Virus record (IMG/VR): IMGVR_UViG_3300033067_001671
Location: 1 to 40,140 of that record
DNA length: 40,140 nt
Origin: a virus
Taxonomy: Duplodnaviria > Caudoviricetes
Reading direction: 5' to 3' (one strand)
Shown: positions 9,199 to 17,833 of the stretch, one piece after another
How the letters are laid out: each line of letters opens with the position of its first letter
Position numbering within the stretch: the stretch's first letter is position 1
Translations under genes and position numbers: made by a program
Notes under the pieces: generated by a model
Told to the model about the DNA's origin: nothing
Database searches by the model: none
What the model saw: only the letters and a program-made list of their open reading frames with translations

Positions 9199-9925
9199 AA
9201 TCTTTATCTCCTGCTTGAGGTGTTCGTGGTGTTACTTTTGGTTTTGATGGATAGAAGACAACTGATTCAAGGCTTGAAAGTGCATCGAGTAAATCGTCAT
9301 GCTTTGCTCTTGGAAACGTTGCCAATTCCAACTCTAGATCGTGTAACCCCTTATTGAGAAAAGTATAACCCCACTCAAAACGGGGCACTAGGCCCAAAAT
9401 TCTTTGCTCTTTTGTTCGGTCAGTTCCTGGATGAATTCCTTTAACCGGAATGATCTCGCCACGCCTTCTCATCTCTTCTGCAATCATGTAGATCAATGCC
9501 TTTTGATACGCCACTTCTTCGATGCCTAAGCACATAACCTTTTGCTCTTTGCAAACACGGAAAGCAAGATCAACAAGTTGTGACGGATTGATGCGATAAC
9601 GGTTCGCACTTTTTACGTACCAGTTCTTTTCTTCATCCACGGATATCACTACGCAGGCCGTGTAATCTGCCCCGTCTCCTTCGGATAATGCAGGATCAAT
9701 AAACGCAAAATTGTAAACCTTATCAGGGATTGCCTTGTAGTACTTGATCCACGACTTAAGAAACGGTGTTTCGCCTTCAGGGACAATCTCGTTTTGATAT
9801 TGGTTCGCAAAAATGTAACTTCCTTGCGTTCGTCTTGCGTTCTCTAAAAATTCGTGAGTTAAACGCTCTGGAAATAAGAGTGATCCATCTTCTTGAATGG
9901 CTTTTTTATAAGTGACCGACCACAT
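9128..9925 (-). CDS. terL: Terminase large subunit, C-terminal half (lid plus RNase H-like nuclease), 265 aa
   Basis: KAIQEDGSLLFPERL...FANQYQN lid segment; nuclease acidic motifs FIDPA, DYTA, GIEEVAYQ, K..RI..L.P.FE.G, FP.AKHDDLLDAL. Confidence 0.92.
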   Translation of the reverse strand: MWSVTYKKAIQEDGSLLFPERLTHEFLENARRTQGSYIFANQYQNEIVPEGETPFLKSWIKYYKAIPDKVYNFAFIDPALSEGDGADYTACVVISVDEEKNWYVKSANRYRINPSQLVDLAFRVCKEQKVMCLGIEEVAYQKALIYMIAEEMRRRGEIIPVKGIHPGTDRTKEQRILGLVPRFEWGYTFLNKGLHDLELELATFPRAKHDDLLDALSSLESVVFYPSKPKVTPRTPQAGDKDYERHYIDNIKKNRSRNQGDQDGY

Positions 9926-10304
9926 AACCTAGAAGTGTCGCTCCTGTTAACGCCAAAGCTTTGACCCAATTTACTTTCGCAATTGCTTTAGCTTTTTTAA
10001 AAGCTGATTGCTCAACGTAGGGCATGAATTCGTTCACAACTCCAAACGCTTCAATATGCTCAGAGCGTGCAACACGCTCAGCATACGTAAGTGGCACAAC
10101 ACGGCCTGAAACAAATTTCCAATATTGTGGCGAGAAGCCTTGAACCGCAGAAAGATCGGGGTTTTTTGCAACAATGTGAGCGCCTTCCCACTTCATGCGT
10201 TCAATCTCGGGGGGATTTACAACGATGCGAGCGTTGTTAAGCGTAAACACAACGTATGTATCAAGTTTTGCGTCTTTTGGATTTCCAGTGATCCATGCTT
10301 TCAT
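9906..10304 (-). CDS. Hypothetical protein, possible fibre assembly chaperone, hydrophobic C-terminus, 132 aa
   Basis: Follows fibre genes; PQYWKFVSGRVVPLT.AE pattern; ATGA coupling. Confidence 0.55.
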   Translation of the reverse strand: MKAWITGNPKDAKLDTYVVFTLNNARIVVNPPEIERMKWEGAHIVAKNPDLSAVQGFSPQYWKFVSGRVVPLTYAERVARSEHIEAFGVVNEFMPYVEQSAFKKAKAIAKVNWVKALALTGATLLGYVVGHL

Positions 10305-11335
10305 CCAAAATTCCCCATCGAATAGGCACTAGAACTGCTTCCGCCAAAATCCATTCCGTCGATCAAAAGATAGATCAAAGGCTTTTGCGTGTTTGTTTCT
10401 GTCCACGATCCTGCGTTTGTTCGAGTCGACAAATAGCCATTGAGCCCAAACGAAAACATCGAAGCTTCTAAATTTGCTGAACTGTTAAAATTCAAAAGAT
10501 TCACGCGCACGTTGGTCGCTGTTGTTGGTTTGATTGCCGCTCGATAAAAAGTGTTAGCGGACAAAGTTACTTTAGTGTCAAAAATTGCAAAGTTATTATT
10601 TGAGGTCGATCCAAAAACCACGTCTTTATCTAACGACTTTGACTCTAAAACGGTTGTCCCGTCTGAATCATATAAAACGACGTCTAAATCTCCGCCTGAT
10701 CGGCCATCCCACCCAATCCCAACCACACGAACTGATGTTGGAGCTTGAAAATATAAAGCATATTCATCCGGTGTTGACCCGCTGTTATAATCTTGATTGG
10801 TGGTTGTTGAAGGAGAACTATTCGGAAAGGGAACGACGGAACCGTCGTCGTAAGCAAACGAACCGATAAATCCTCTGTTTGTTGCCGCTAACCCTTTTTG
10901 CCACGCACCAGAAACGTACGCATTGAAATAGTTGGATGAAAAATCCACGGTTGAAATTACCGCCATTTGAGCATTGCCGGCGGTTGTGTCCCATTCAAAT
11001 ACAACGGCAAAAAAATCACCCTGAGTAACAGCGCGATCCGTGTCCATTGTTTCGGTGTACCAGGTGTTGGCGGCAATAGTTGCACGAGTGGCACTCTGAT
11101 CGATTGTACCATCGGGGAAACCTGTCGCAACATCGACATCCTGCAAAGAAATTTTTACTTGCTGAGAAGTTGTGACACCGGTCAGACGCCAGGTCACCGA
11201 ACGAATATTTCCCGTTTTAGTAGCCTGAAAAACCCACGCAAATTTAGTGTTTGTTGAATTCCATGTAACCGATGTCAGCGCGGGGATTCCACCGAAAAAC
11301 GGATAAACAGTTAACGGTATGGTCGTAATCGCCAT
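10301..11335 (-). CDS. Beta-sandwich virion protein / receptor-binding candidate, 344 aa
   Basis: T/S/G-rich with two similar halves (FQATKTGNIRSV... and FQAPTSVRVVGI...), in fibre module. Confidence 0.6.
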   Translation of the reverse strand: MAITTIPLTVYPFFGGIPALTSVTWNSTNTKFAWVFQATKTGNIRSVTWRLTGVTTSQQVKISLQDVDVATGFPDGTIDQSATRATIAANTWYTETMDTDRAVTQGDFFAVVFEWDTTAGNAQMAVISTVDFSSNYFNAYVSGAWQKGLAATNRGFIGSFAYDDGSVVPFPNSSPSTTTNQDYNSGSTPDEYALYFQAPTSVRVVGIGWDGRSGGDLDVVLYDSDGTTVLESKSLDKDVVFGSTSNNNFAIFDTKVTLSANTFYRAAIKPTTATNVRVNLLNFNSSANLEASMFSFGLNGYLSTRTNAGSWTETNTQKPLIYLLIDGMDFGGSSSSAYSMGNFG

Positions 11336-11336
11336 T

Positions 11337-11855
11337 TTACAAAGCCTCTAAATCAGATAACTCTAATACAACTTCCTCACCTAATAAGATCTCAACAGGT
11401 GATTTTGAAACTGAGTGCTCAAAACTTGCTCTGAATGCTTCAACTTCTGCTTCTGTAACTACACCATCAGCAAGGCCATCCACTGCAATCGCTTCAAACA
11501 TGGCTGATGTTCGTGCGTTGTAAGTAAATTCGTCAGTGTACGCGGCCATGATGACAGGAATTTTAATTTGCCACTTCTGTTTGATTGCAGAACTTAAATC
11601 GTTTCGACCAACCAACATATCGTATTGATATTTTGCTAAAAATTTCCGAGTTGCTGGCCAAGTTGCATCTTGTCTTACGGTCACAGAATCGTGTGTAGGG
11701 TCATGAAGCTTTGCAAGCTTCTGTTTGGTTGTTAAGCCTGTGTATTTTGATTTTGCTAGCTCAGTACTAATCAAAGCTTTTTGTTCAGTGGTAAGGCTTA
11801 TAGTGTTCGCTAGTGCCATCGCAATCTGATGTGTGTTTCCAGGTAAAGAAATCAT
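11337..11855 (-). CDS. Hypothetical helical protein in fibre module (~172 aa; start uncertain)
   Basis: ATG at 11855 directly after the fibre stop avoids the overlap in the ORF track. Confidence 0.6.
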   Translation of the reverse strand: MISLPGNTHQIAMALANTISLTTEQKALISTELAKSKYTGLTTKQKLAKLHDPTHDSVTVRQDATWPATRKFLAKYQYDMLVGRNDLSSAIKQKWQIKIPVIMAAYTDEFTYNARTSAMFEAIAVDGLADGVVTEAEVEAFRASFEHSVSKSPVEILLGEEVVLELSDLEAL

Positions 11856-11856
11856 G

Positions 11857-13665
11857 CTATCCCATCCTTGTGCAAATAAGTGTGACAGTGACACGCGTGA
11901 CAGTCGATACAGAATCGACGTTGAATCCCAGGTAATCACCATCTGTTAAGTTTGTGGTCCACGTGCTTAAAGACAAATCTTGGTTTTTTTGAGCGCTTGA
12001 AAGCGTTGGTTTTTCACTTCCTGCAATCGTATCAGCAACAGTTGGCGGAAAGTTTGCGTAAGTGTCTTTCCAAACGTCTACAACGATTGAACCCGATTGG
12101 TCTGCTACGATATCCCATCCAGTAATTACGCAGTTGAAAGGGACTCGCACGTAACCTTTTACACCGGTAGTAATTGCAGAGCCACCGCCGTCGATTGTAA
12201 AAGTACAATTCGATTTGAGTGCAAGCCAAGACATTTGGCCGGCTGAATTAGTAACGAGCGGCGCAAACGTTGCCCCATCTGTTGGGGGGAAAATATACGT
12301 AGCAGCCGCCATTCCGCTAGCGCCTCGAAAGGTAATTTCATTTGCTGAATTTGCGTGCGCGAATCTGAATGATCCTGTTTGCTGGCTTGCGACTCCGAGC
12401 CTTAAACCTAGAGTCGTTGGTGATGTTGTCCACCCTGGTGCAGCGCCATCACTAATGAGCATCGCCCACGTTTGCCCTTGAGCAGTGTAGTCCATGCCAG
12501 TCGATGTGCCGTAGGCCACACCAAATTGAATCATCGAGGTCCGTCCAACGCCGCCCAACGTTACGCCCCAAGGAATAGCAAAGCTTTGACCTCCGCCACC
12601 ACCACCCCCCGACACGGTTGACCAAGATAGAACGCCCGCTCCGTTCGTCGTAAAAACCTGTCCGTTTGTTCCGTCACTCGTTGGCCAAATGTAAGACTGT
12701 GCAAGTGATGAGGCACCAGCCGAGAATGAAATTAAGTTGTTCGAATTTAAATGAGCAAAGCTAAGCGCGCCGGTTGCGATTCCCGTGATTCCTAAAATCA
12801 TCGAGTTTATTTGTGGGCTCGAGGTCCATCCTGGAGCGCCAACGCCGCCGACTAATACCTGATTTGTCGAACCTTGAGAAGTAAACGCGTAGCCTGTAGA
12901 AGTCCCGTAGGCTGCACCAAAATTCGTAATTGTTGTTGAACCTGTTCCGCCTAAAGAAACTCCCCACGGAATCGCGAAAGACTGACCGCCTGAACCACTT
13001 GTAACAGTTTGAAACGCTAATTGACCCGTTGTGGGATCACTGAGGGCTAACACCTGATTGGTTGTGCCGATCGCACTTGGAAGCTTAAGCGTGTAGCCAG
13101 CAACTACAGAATGTCCAACTATTGAAACAGCTGAAGCATTATCAACAGCGTAGAACGCAATCCCATCAGCAGAGCGCATTCGAATTGGTTCAAACGCATC
13201 GATCGGGCCAGACGCTCCAAAAGTCATTCTAAAGATAGATGAAACGCCTACATTGAAACTCGTGTTGTCAGCGGTTCCAACAAAATGAATCGCTGGATTA
13301 GTGCCTGCATTTCCAGAAAATCCCCAACCTGCTGTAACAGAAATTGAAAGACCTGTTGGAATCTGCCATGTGCCGTCTGCACGTAAGAATTTAGTGGAGC
13401 CATCACCAGCCGAAGGCGCTGGAACCATCCCAAGCGATCCGCCCGAGCCTGCGTCGCCTGTAAACGCTACACCGTTCAGTGTGATTTTCTTTGTGCTCGA
13501 ATCACCTACTACGTTAATCGATTGATCGGCTGTGATCGTAAGTGTTGACGTCGGTGAATCAGCTGTAGGACTCGTGCCTGTCTCTGGCTGAATGATTGTG
13601 AATGCGTCTTGTGAACCGCCTCCACCACCTGACCCGCCTGCTCCACCTACTTGACCTATTCTCAT
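11857..13665 (-). CDS. Fibre protein with internal ~132-aa tandem duplication, 602 aa
   Basis: Fibre motifs GMVPAPSAGD..KFLRADGTW, WG..GNAGT, P..DG..GQV..TNGAG.LSW; poly-Gly hinges; beta-rich C-terminal domain. Confidence 0.85.
   Translation of the reverse strand: MRIGQVGGAGGSGGGGGSQDAFTIIQPETGTSPTADSPTSTLTITADQSINVVGDSSTKKITLNGVAFTGDAGSGGSLGMVPAPSAGDGSTKFLRADGTWQIPTGLSISVTAGWGFSGNAGTNPAIHFVGTADNTSFNVGVSSIFRMTFGASGPIDAFEPIRMRSADGIAFYAVDNASAVSIVGHSVVAGYTLKLPSAIGTTNQVLALSDPTTGQLAFQTVTSGSGGQSFAIPWGVSLGGTGSTTITNFGAAYGTSTGYAFTSQGSTNQVLVGGVGAPGWTSSPQINSMILGITGIATGALSFAHLNSNNLISFSAGASSLAQSYIWPTSDGTNGQVFTTNGAGVLSWSTVSGGGGGGGQSFAIPWGVTLGGVGRTSMIQFGVAYGTSTGMDYTAQGQTWAMLISDGAAPGWTTSPTTLGLRLGVASQQTGSFRFAHANSANEITFRGASGMAAATYIFPPTDGATFAPLVTNSAGQMSWLALKSNCTFTIDGGGSAITTGVKGYVRVPFNCVITGWDIVADQSGSIVVDVWKDTYANFPPTVADTIAGSEKPTLSSAQKNQDLSLSTWTTNLTDGDYLGFNVDSVSTVTRVTVTLICTRMG
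12215..12990 (-). repeat. Two diverged tandem copies (396-nt offset) inside the fibre gene
   Basis: GGQSFAIPWGV.LGG, FG.AYGTSTG, APGWT.SP, FAH.NS.N.I.F and YI.P..DG each occur twice. Confidence 0.85.
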
Positions 13666-13944
13666 CTACACACCTTGGTTATACCCAAACAAACACTGAA
13701 TCGTGATCGTTGCAGAGGTTGCAGCAGCGTAAAACGTTCCTGCGCAATTGAAGTAAATCGCAGAACCTCGGTATTGGTAACCCTGCCCCCAGAGTAGTGA
13801 TGCTCCACCAATCTCAAAGCTTCCGCCTGAGAGCTGATCAACTAAAACGCAGTTAAGCCCTGGCGTAACTGTGATTCCAAAGATCGTGGATAACCCGACG
13901 TTAAATCTCTGAGCTTTTAGGTAATGGACATCATCGCGTGCCAT
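13666..13944 (-). CDS. Small beta-rich virion protein, 92 aa, paralog of 13948-14229
   Basis: Shares ST..GIT..P, SG..F.I and N.AGTFY.A with its neighbour. Confidence 0.7.
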   Translation of the reverse strand: MARDDVHYLKAQRFNVGLSTIFGITVTPGLNCVLVDQLSGGSFEIGGASLLWGQGYQYRGSAIYFNCAGTFYAAATSATITIQCLFGYNQGV

Positions 13945-13947
13945 CGC

Positions 13948-14229
13948 TTAAAACCCCAAGCTCTGGCCTTGAATCGTCCTGAGAACTTGCAAAATGCCAG
14001 TGCTGCCTGATGTAGCAACGTAGAAAGTTCCTGCGGTGTTTAGTCCCAAGACAGAATTTGAAAGCAAAAACCCATTTCCAAAACTTCCACCCTGATTGGT
14101 GATCGCAAATGTTCCAGAAAACGGCAACACGCCCACAGCACACTGATACGGCAAACCCGTGATTCCCTGAGTAGTGCTCGGCGCAACGACCACTCTTTCA
14201 ACTAAAAGCCCGTTTGATTTATCTGCCAT
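13948..14229 (-). CDS. Small beta-rich virion protein, 93 aa, paralog of 13666-13944
   Basis: RBS TAGGAG; shared motifs as above. Confidence 0.7.
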   Translation of the reverse strand: MADKSNGLLVERVVVAPSTTQGITGLPYQCAVGVLPFSGTFAITNQGGSFGNGFLLSNSVLGLNTAGTFYVATSGSTGILQVLRTIQGQSLGF

Positions 14230-14238
14230 TCAATACTC

Positions 14239-14355
14239 CTATTCAGGCACTACTAGCCCGGCGCTGTCTCCAGGTGCGCTGATCCCTGCGCCACCAATGT
14301 CACCCATTGTAATTTCGCTATTCCAAAAAAAATTAAAATCGCTCGAATCGCCCAT
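14239..14355 (-). CDS. Unannotated 38-aa peptide MGDSSDFNFFWNSEITMGDIGGAGISAPGDSAGLVVPE
   Basis: Fills the gap exactly: ATG 3 nt after the GT2 stop; its TAG is part of the next RBS. Confidence 0.5.
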   Translation of the reverse strand: MGDSSDFNFFWNSEITMGDIGGAGISAPGDSAGLVVPE

Positions 14356-14358
14356 TTT

Positions 14359-15105
14359 TTACATAATAGCGTGAACAATGTCTAAAAGTGAATGCTTAGA
14401 CTCAAAATGTGCCTGCTCTTTACTCGTGTCTTTTCCAGTGCCCATCGTTTTAGAGCCAAAATGAAGCGCGTACGCATTTGTGTTAACAAACGTAGGAATG
14501 TGATGCTTCGCAGCGCGTAAACAGAAATCAACATCGTTGTGTGATCTATCAAGTGCCATGTCTAATCTGCCAAGATGTTTCCAAAGCTTTACTGAAATAA
14601 ACGGACAAATGAAACTAATCCAAGGCACACGAAAATGAACTTCAAATTTCGGACTGTAGTTTCTCAAAAACTGGAGATCGACTTCTGAAGCGTCGTAATT
14701 TTGCTTGTTAAACGGAATTCTTGAAACATATCTACTACCTGCCTCGTTGTTAGAAAGAGGTGCCAAAATCGCAGAGTGATTAAGCGCGGTTGATAGCGTT
14801 TCCATTTCCCAGACAGAATCTTTTGAAAGATATACATCGTTAGACATGAGCGCAGTCATCTCTGTGTCAGGCGACAAATGATCGAGAAAGTACTCCACCT
14901 TCTTGGAGGCATTGTCGAGATTTGGGTCAATCACAAACTTAAAGCCCGTGTACTTGTCTTTAATCTCTTGTGTGATCTCACAGCTTGAAATCACTGAAAC
15001 CTTTGGCTCAACAGACTGCGAAATCAAGCTTTCAAGCGCAAGATTCAAATAAGGTTCGCACTCACTCTTGTGATGGCTGACAATTATTTCGGTTAAAAAT
15101 TTCAT
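14359..15105 (-). CDS. Glycosyltransferase family 2 (GT-A fold), 248 aa
   Basis: IIVSH..., L.LALESL..Q, ALMSNDV, APLSN, FICPFI....W..LG.LD, NDVDFCLRA, ALHFGSKT. Confidence 0.85.
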   Translation of the reverse strand: MKFLTEIIVSHHKSECEPYLNLALESLISQSVEPKVSVISSCEITQEIKDKYTGFKFVIDPNLDNASKKVEYFLDHLSPDTEMTALMSNDVYLSKDSVWEMETLSTALNHSAILAPLSNNEAGSRYVSRIPFNKQNYDASEVDLQFLRNYSPKFEVHFRVPWISFICPFISVKLWKHLGRLDMALDRSHNDVDFCLRAAKHHIPTFVNTNAYALHFGSKTMGTGKDTSKEQAHFESKHSLLDIVHAIM

Positions 15106-15115
15106 ACATTAATTG

Positions 15116-15337
15116 TTATCGATTTAAATCCGCAATCATTCGCGGCAAGTAAACAGTCTTTATTATAAATCCTTCGATAGCTGTTTTTTTGGCCTGTTTT
15201 TTTAGTTGTTTTAAGTGCGTGTTATTTTTAGCAGGCGGTAAATAACTTAAAAACCTACGACACCAAGAACGGTAGTCTTCAGTTTTTTTATACTTTTCAA
15301 TCAATTGGCGCCCGAATGTTTTATTTTTCTTTTTCAT
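15116..15337 (-). CDS. Small basic hypothetical protein, 73 aa
   Basis: ATGA overlap with the TerL-ATPase stop; K/R-rich. Confidence 0.6.
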   Translation of the reverse strand: MKKKNKTFGRQLIEKYKKTEDYRSWCRRFLSYLPPAKNNTHLKQLKKQAKKTAIEGFIIKTVYLPRMIADLNR

Positions 15338-16005
15338 CCATTATTTCCGTTTTCGATTTCATTTTCTAAGATGTGGCCGATCACGTCGTTCGCAGAATAG
15401 CGCGTACCGATCACCACGATAACCCCTTCAGGTTCTAAGATTGATATGTTTAACCTAAAGTGTTCAAGAACTTTCTCGCATGCTTCAGGCGTTCGCGAAT
15501 TTTCACCCGTGTTCAAATCGTCGTGAATGATATGTGTGTAGTGTTGCCCTGTTTTGCCAGCTTCAATACCAGAAGCAGTCACCGAAGCCTCTTTCAAAGC
15601 TTGAATTCTCCACGCTACAGTCATTTCGCCTTCCCCCCAGACAGGACCACGCGCGTCGCCAAACAGTTCTGTGACCAGAGGGTTCTCTAACTTTGCTTTG
15701 ATCTCGCGAATGAAGTTTTTAGAGTTGGCGTATTTTTCACTATCGATCAGTATGCGCGCGTTTGGATTGTTTAAAAGAATCCACACCGAATAAGCCACAA
15801 CACCGATACTGCTCTTGAAAGTTCCGCGTGGCATAACCACCAGTTTCCGTCTAGTTCCTGATTCCAAATTTTCAATCATGTCTCCATGGGTTCGCCAATT
15901 CACTTCGCTAAATCCGCACAATATCTTTGCTGTGAGATAGAGCGATTTTTGAAACTCTTCTCGTGCCATGCGTCTGTTTGTGTAGAGCTGAAGTTCAAGG
16001 CTCAT
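15334..16005 (-). CDS. terL: Terminase large subunit, N-terminal ATPase half, 223 aa
   Basis: Walker A MPRGTFKSS, NPNARILI, ASG....TG.H, Walker B IIHDD, coupling motif VIGTRY; stops shortly after. Confidence 0.92.
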   Translation of the reverse strand: MSLELQLYTNRRMAREEFQKSLYLTAKILCGFSEVNWRTHGDMIENLESGTRRKLVVMPRGTFKSSIGVVAYSVWILLNNPNARILIDSEKYANSKNFIREIKAKLENPLVTELFGDARGPVWGEGEMTVAWRIQALKEASVTASGIEAGKTGQHYTHIIHDDLNTGENSRTPEACEKVLEHFRLNISILEPEGVIVVIGTRYSANDVIGHILENEIENGNNG

Positions 16006-16597
16006 CCGCTTTTAAGTCTTCCTCTTCTATAACAATCTCATACGGGGTGTCTTTATTCCCACGTAGATCGCTGTCAAAGCTTCGACGAAGACAGGCCTCA
16101 TCTTCGATCATAGCTAGCTTGCCATCAGGGTAATCTTTATCTGTCGATTTTGTGTAGACGTAAACCGACCCAGTTTTTTCATCGACTTTTACACGCTTTA
16201 AATTAGGTCTTTTTTGCCATTCTTCGTTGAGAACTTGAATGAACGTTCTAGCTTCTTCATCGTATTTTGTCTTAAGAAGAACAAGCTTGTGGTCTTCAGC
16301 AAAAGCGTCTGCGATGACCTGGGCTTTTACTTCTTCGTAGACTTCTTTTTTTGCAATATCTACTGCATTACGCTCATTCTCTTTAGCAATGCGCACCGAA
16401 TTTAAGCAACTATCTACCCCAGTTTGATAGCCTTTTTCGAAACCTTCTTTATAGCTTTGAGCTTTTTGATGAGCGACATCGTTTGGGCTGATAAAGCCTT
16501 TGTACATATCAAATACGAAATCACTGCCCGCCTCATAGCCTTTTCGACGTTCATCTTTCAGTTTTTCTTGCAGCTTTTCACCGAATAAAAAACACAT
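15995..16597 (-). CDS. Hypothetical protein with GYEAG/YKEGFEKGY repeats, 200 aa
   Basis: RBS GGAG; co-oriented; overlaps TerL start. Confidence 0.7.
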   Translation of the reverse strand: MCFLFGEKLQEKLKDERRKGYEAGSDFVFDMYKGFISPNDVAHQKAQSYKEGFEKGYQTGVDSCLNSVRIAKENERNAVDIAKKEVYEEVKAQVIADAFAEDHKLVLLKTKYDEEARTFIQVLNEEWQKRPNLKRVKVDEKTGSVYVYTKSTDKDYPDGKLAMIEDEACLRRSFDSDLRGNKDTPYEIVIEEEDLKADEP

Positions 16598-16607
16598 GAC
16601 TAACTCC

Positions 16608-16847
16608 CTAGCTAAATAAAATACCGAAAAAAATAATTAAAATCGGTATCGACAGAAAAACTACTACTAATTTTTCAGTCCATCTTTCTATGTCTTTAAA
16701 TAAAGAAAATACCATCAGTAAAAGTGCCAAAGTTAGTGACACGCCCATTATCTTTTCAAGAGGGTGCATCTGGCCAGGCGGGCGATCATGCGATCCACTT
16801 TGGTGTAAAACGACAGGGGGTATCGGAACAATTGGTGGATAGGTCAT
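16608..16847 (-). CDS. Small 2-TM membrane protein, 79 aa
   Basis: Two hydrophobic segments; conserved spacer upstream. Confidence 0.7.
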   Translation of the reverse strand: MTYPPIVPIPPVVLHQSGSHDRPPGQMHPLEKIMGVSLTLALLLMVFSLFKDIERWTEKLVVVFLSIPILIIFFGILFS

Positions 16848-16858
16848 TTGTTAACGCC

Positions 16859-17146
16859 TTATCCTTCTTTTATCTCTTCAATCAGGACCTTGTCGTAACA
16901 CACGTAGAAATTACCCATGTAAACCTCATCCATTTCAACAACGATTTCGTCGGTGCCCCAATCTTTTAAAAACAACTCTGGCCGTCGATCTTCGGAGGTG
17001 ACAATCGTAAAGTTCAACCGTTTCAACAAATCTTGCAGTCCATTTACAAATTCTGAAACTCTTGCCTCTTGGCTTGAGCTTAGCTTTATTTCTCGGTATT
17101 TTTCTTTATTCCCGCCAATGAATGGCGAGTGGATTTTTGTCGGCAT
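16859..17146 (-). CDS. Hypothetical soluble protein, 95 aa
   Basis: Conserved spacer/RBS AAGGGG upstream. Confidence 0.7.
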   Translation of the reverse strand: MPTKIHSPFIGGNKEKYREIKLSSSQEARVSEFVNGLQDLLKRLNFTIVTSEDRRPELFLKDWGTDEIVVEMDEVYMGNFYVCYDKVLIEEIKEG

Positions 17147-17159
17147 GGTTTAACCCCTT

Positions 17160-17345
17160 TTAATTGATAAGAAGACACACCAAACACACTGCAAAAATTA
17201 TACTGAAATTTACTATCGCTAGCCGTTTAAAGATCGTGATCATTTGGCCGCCTGGTTTCATAATGCCCTTCGCCGCTTCAACGTAGAGCCACATCCAACT
17301 GTGGTAAAGCCAAACTACCACGCCAAACGCTATTAGATTTTTCAT
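17160..17345 (-). CDS. Small 2-TM membrane protein, 61 aa
   Basis: Two hydrophobic segments; conserved spacer upstream. Confidence 0.7.
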   Translation of the reverse strand: MKNLIAFGVVVWLYHSWMWLYVEAAKGIMKPGGQMITIFKRLAIVNFSIIFAVCLVCLLIN

Positions 17346-17354
17346 GATTAACCC

Positions 17355-17546
17355 CTACGAAAATGTTATGCCGATAAAAGCGACTAAAAAAGGAATAAAA
17401 ATTAGAAGTAATAAAAAGCGATCCAATATCGGGCGATTTAGATTCGCAAAAACGTGACCCATCACAATTAAAATCGCTAACAAAAACGGGGAAAAAATTA
17501 GCTTAACGCCTAACGGCGCCCCTTCACTGACACTGTTGTAAAACAT
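17355..17546 (-). CDS. Small 2-TM membrane protein, 63 aa
   Basis: Two hydrophobic segments; conserved spacer upstream. Confidence 0.7.
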   Translation of the reverse strand: MFYNSVSEGAPLGVKLIFSPFLLAILIVMGHVFANLNRPILDRFLLLLIFIPFLVAFIGITFS

Positions 17547-17559
17547 AATTAACCCCTTA

Positions 17560-17823
17560 TTAAAGTAAGATTCGACCAGCGTAATTTTTTTCCGCGTCTT
17601 TCAATCCGGCTTCGTAGCCTTTTTGATAATTTTCTCGAGCTTGACTCCAAAACTTATCGCGATCAGGTTTTAAAAATAAATTATCGAGCACACAAAATAA
17701 GATTAACCCCAAATAAATTCCTAAGCCGATACAAAAAGTAACTGAGAGATTTCCCAAAATTAACCCCTTCAAGAAAAAAAATGATCCGGCAACGAGGAAA
17801 AACCTTTTAAGAAATTCCGGCAT
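17560..17823 (-). CDS. Small 2-TM membrane protein with YQKGYEAG tail, 87 aa
   Basis: Hydrophobic N-terminal half; conserved spacer upstream. Confidence 0.7.
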   Translation of the reverse strand: MPEFLKRFFLVAGSFFFLKGLILGNLSVTFCIGLGIYLGLILFCVLDNLFLKPDRDKFWSQARENYQKGYEAGLKDAEKNYAGRILL

Positions 17824-17833
17824 TTTTAACCCC

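Noticed and set aside
9906-9925. GTGGTCGGTCAC resembles GTGATCGGCCAC near the end of the TerL ATPase gene, a possible excision site rejoining terL
   Set aside because: Only 10/12 identity, and crossover would give ...GHL-stop, out of frame with the nuclease half; no recombinase seen
15334-15400. Split intein or intron joining the terL halves
   Set aside because: No Cys/Ser-initiated IntN after the ATPase, no His-Asn IntC before the nuclease, and the intervening DNA is fully coding
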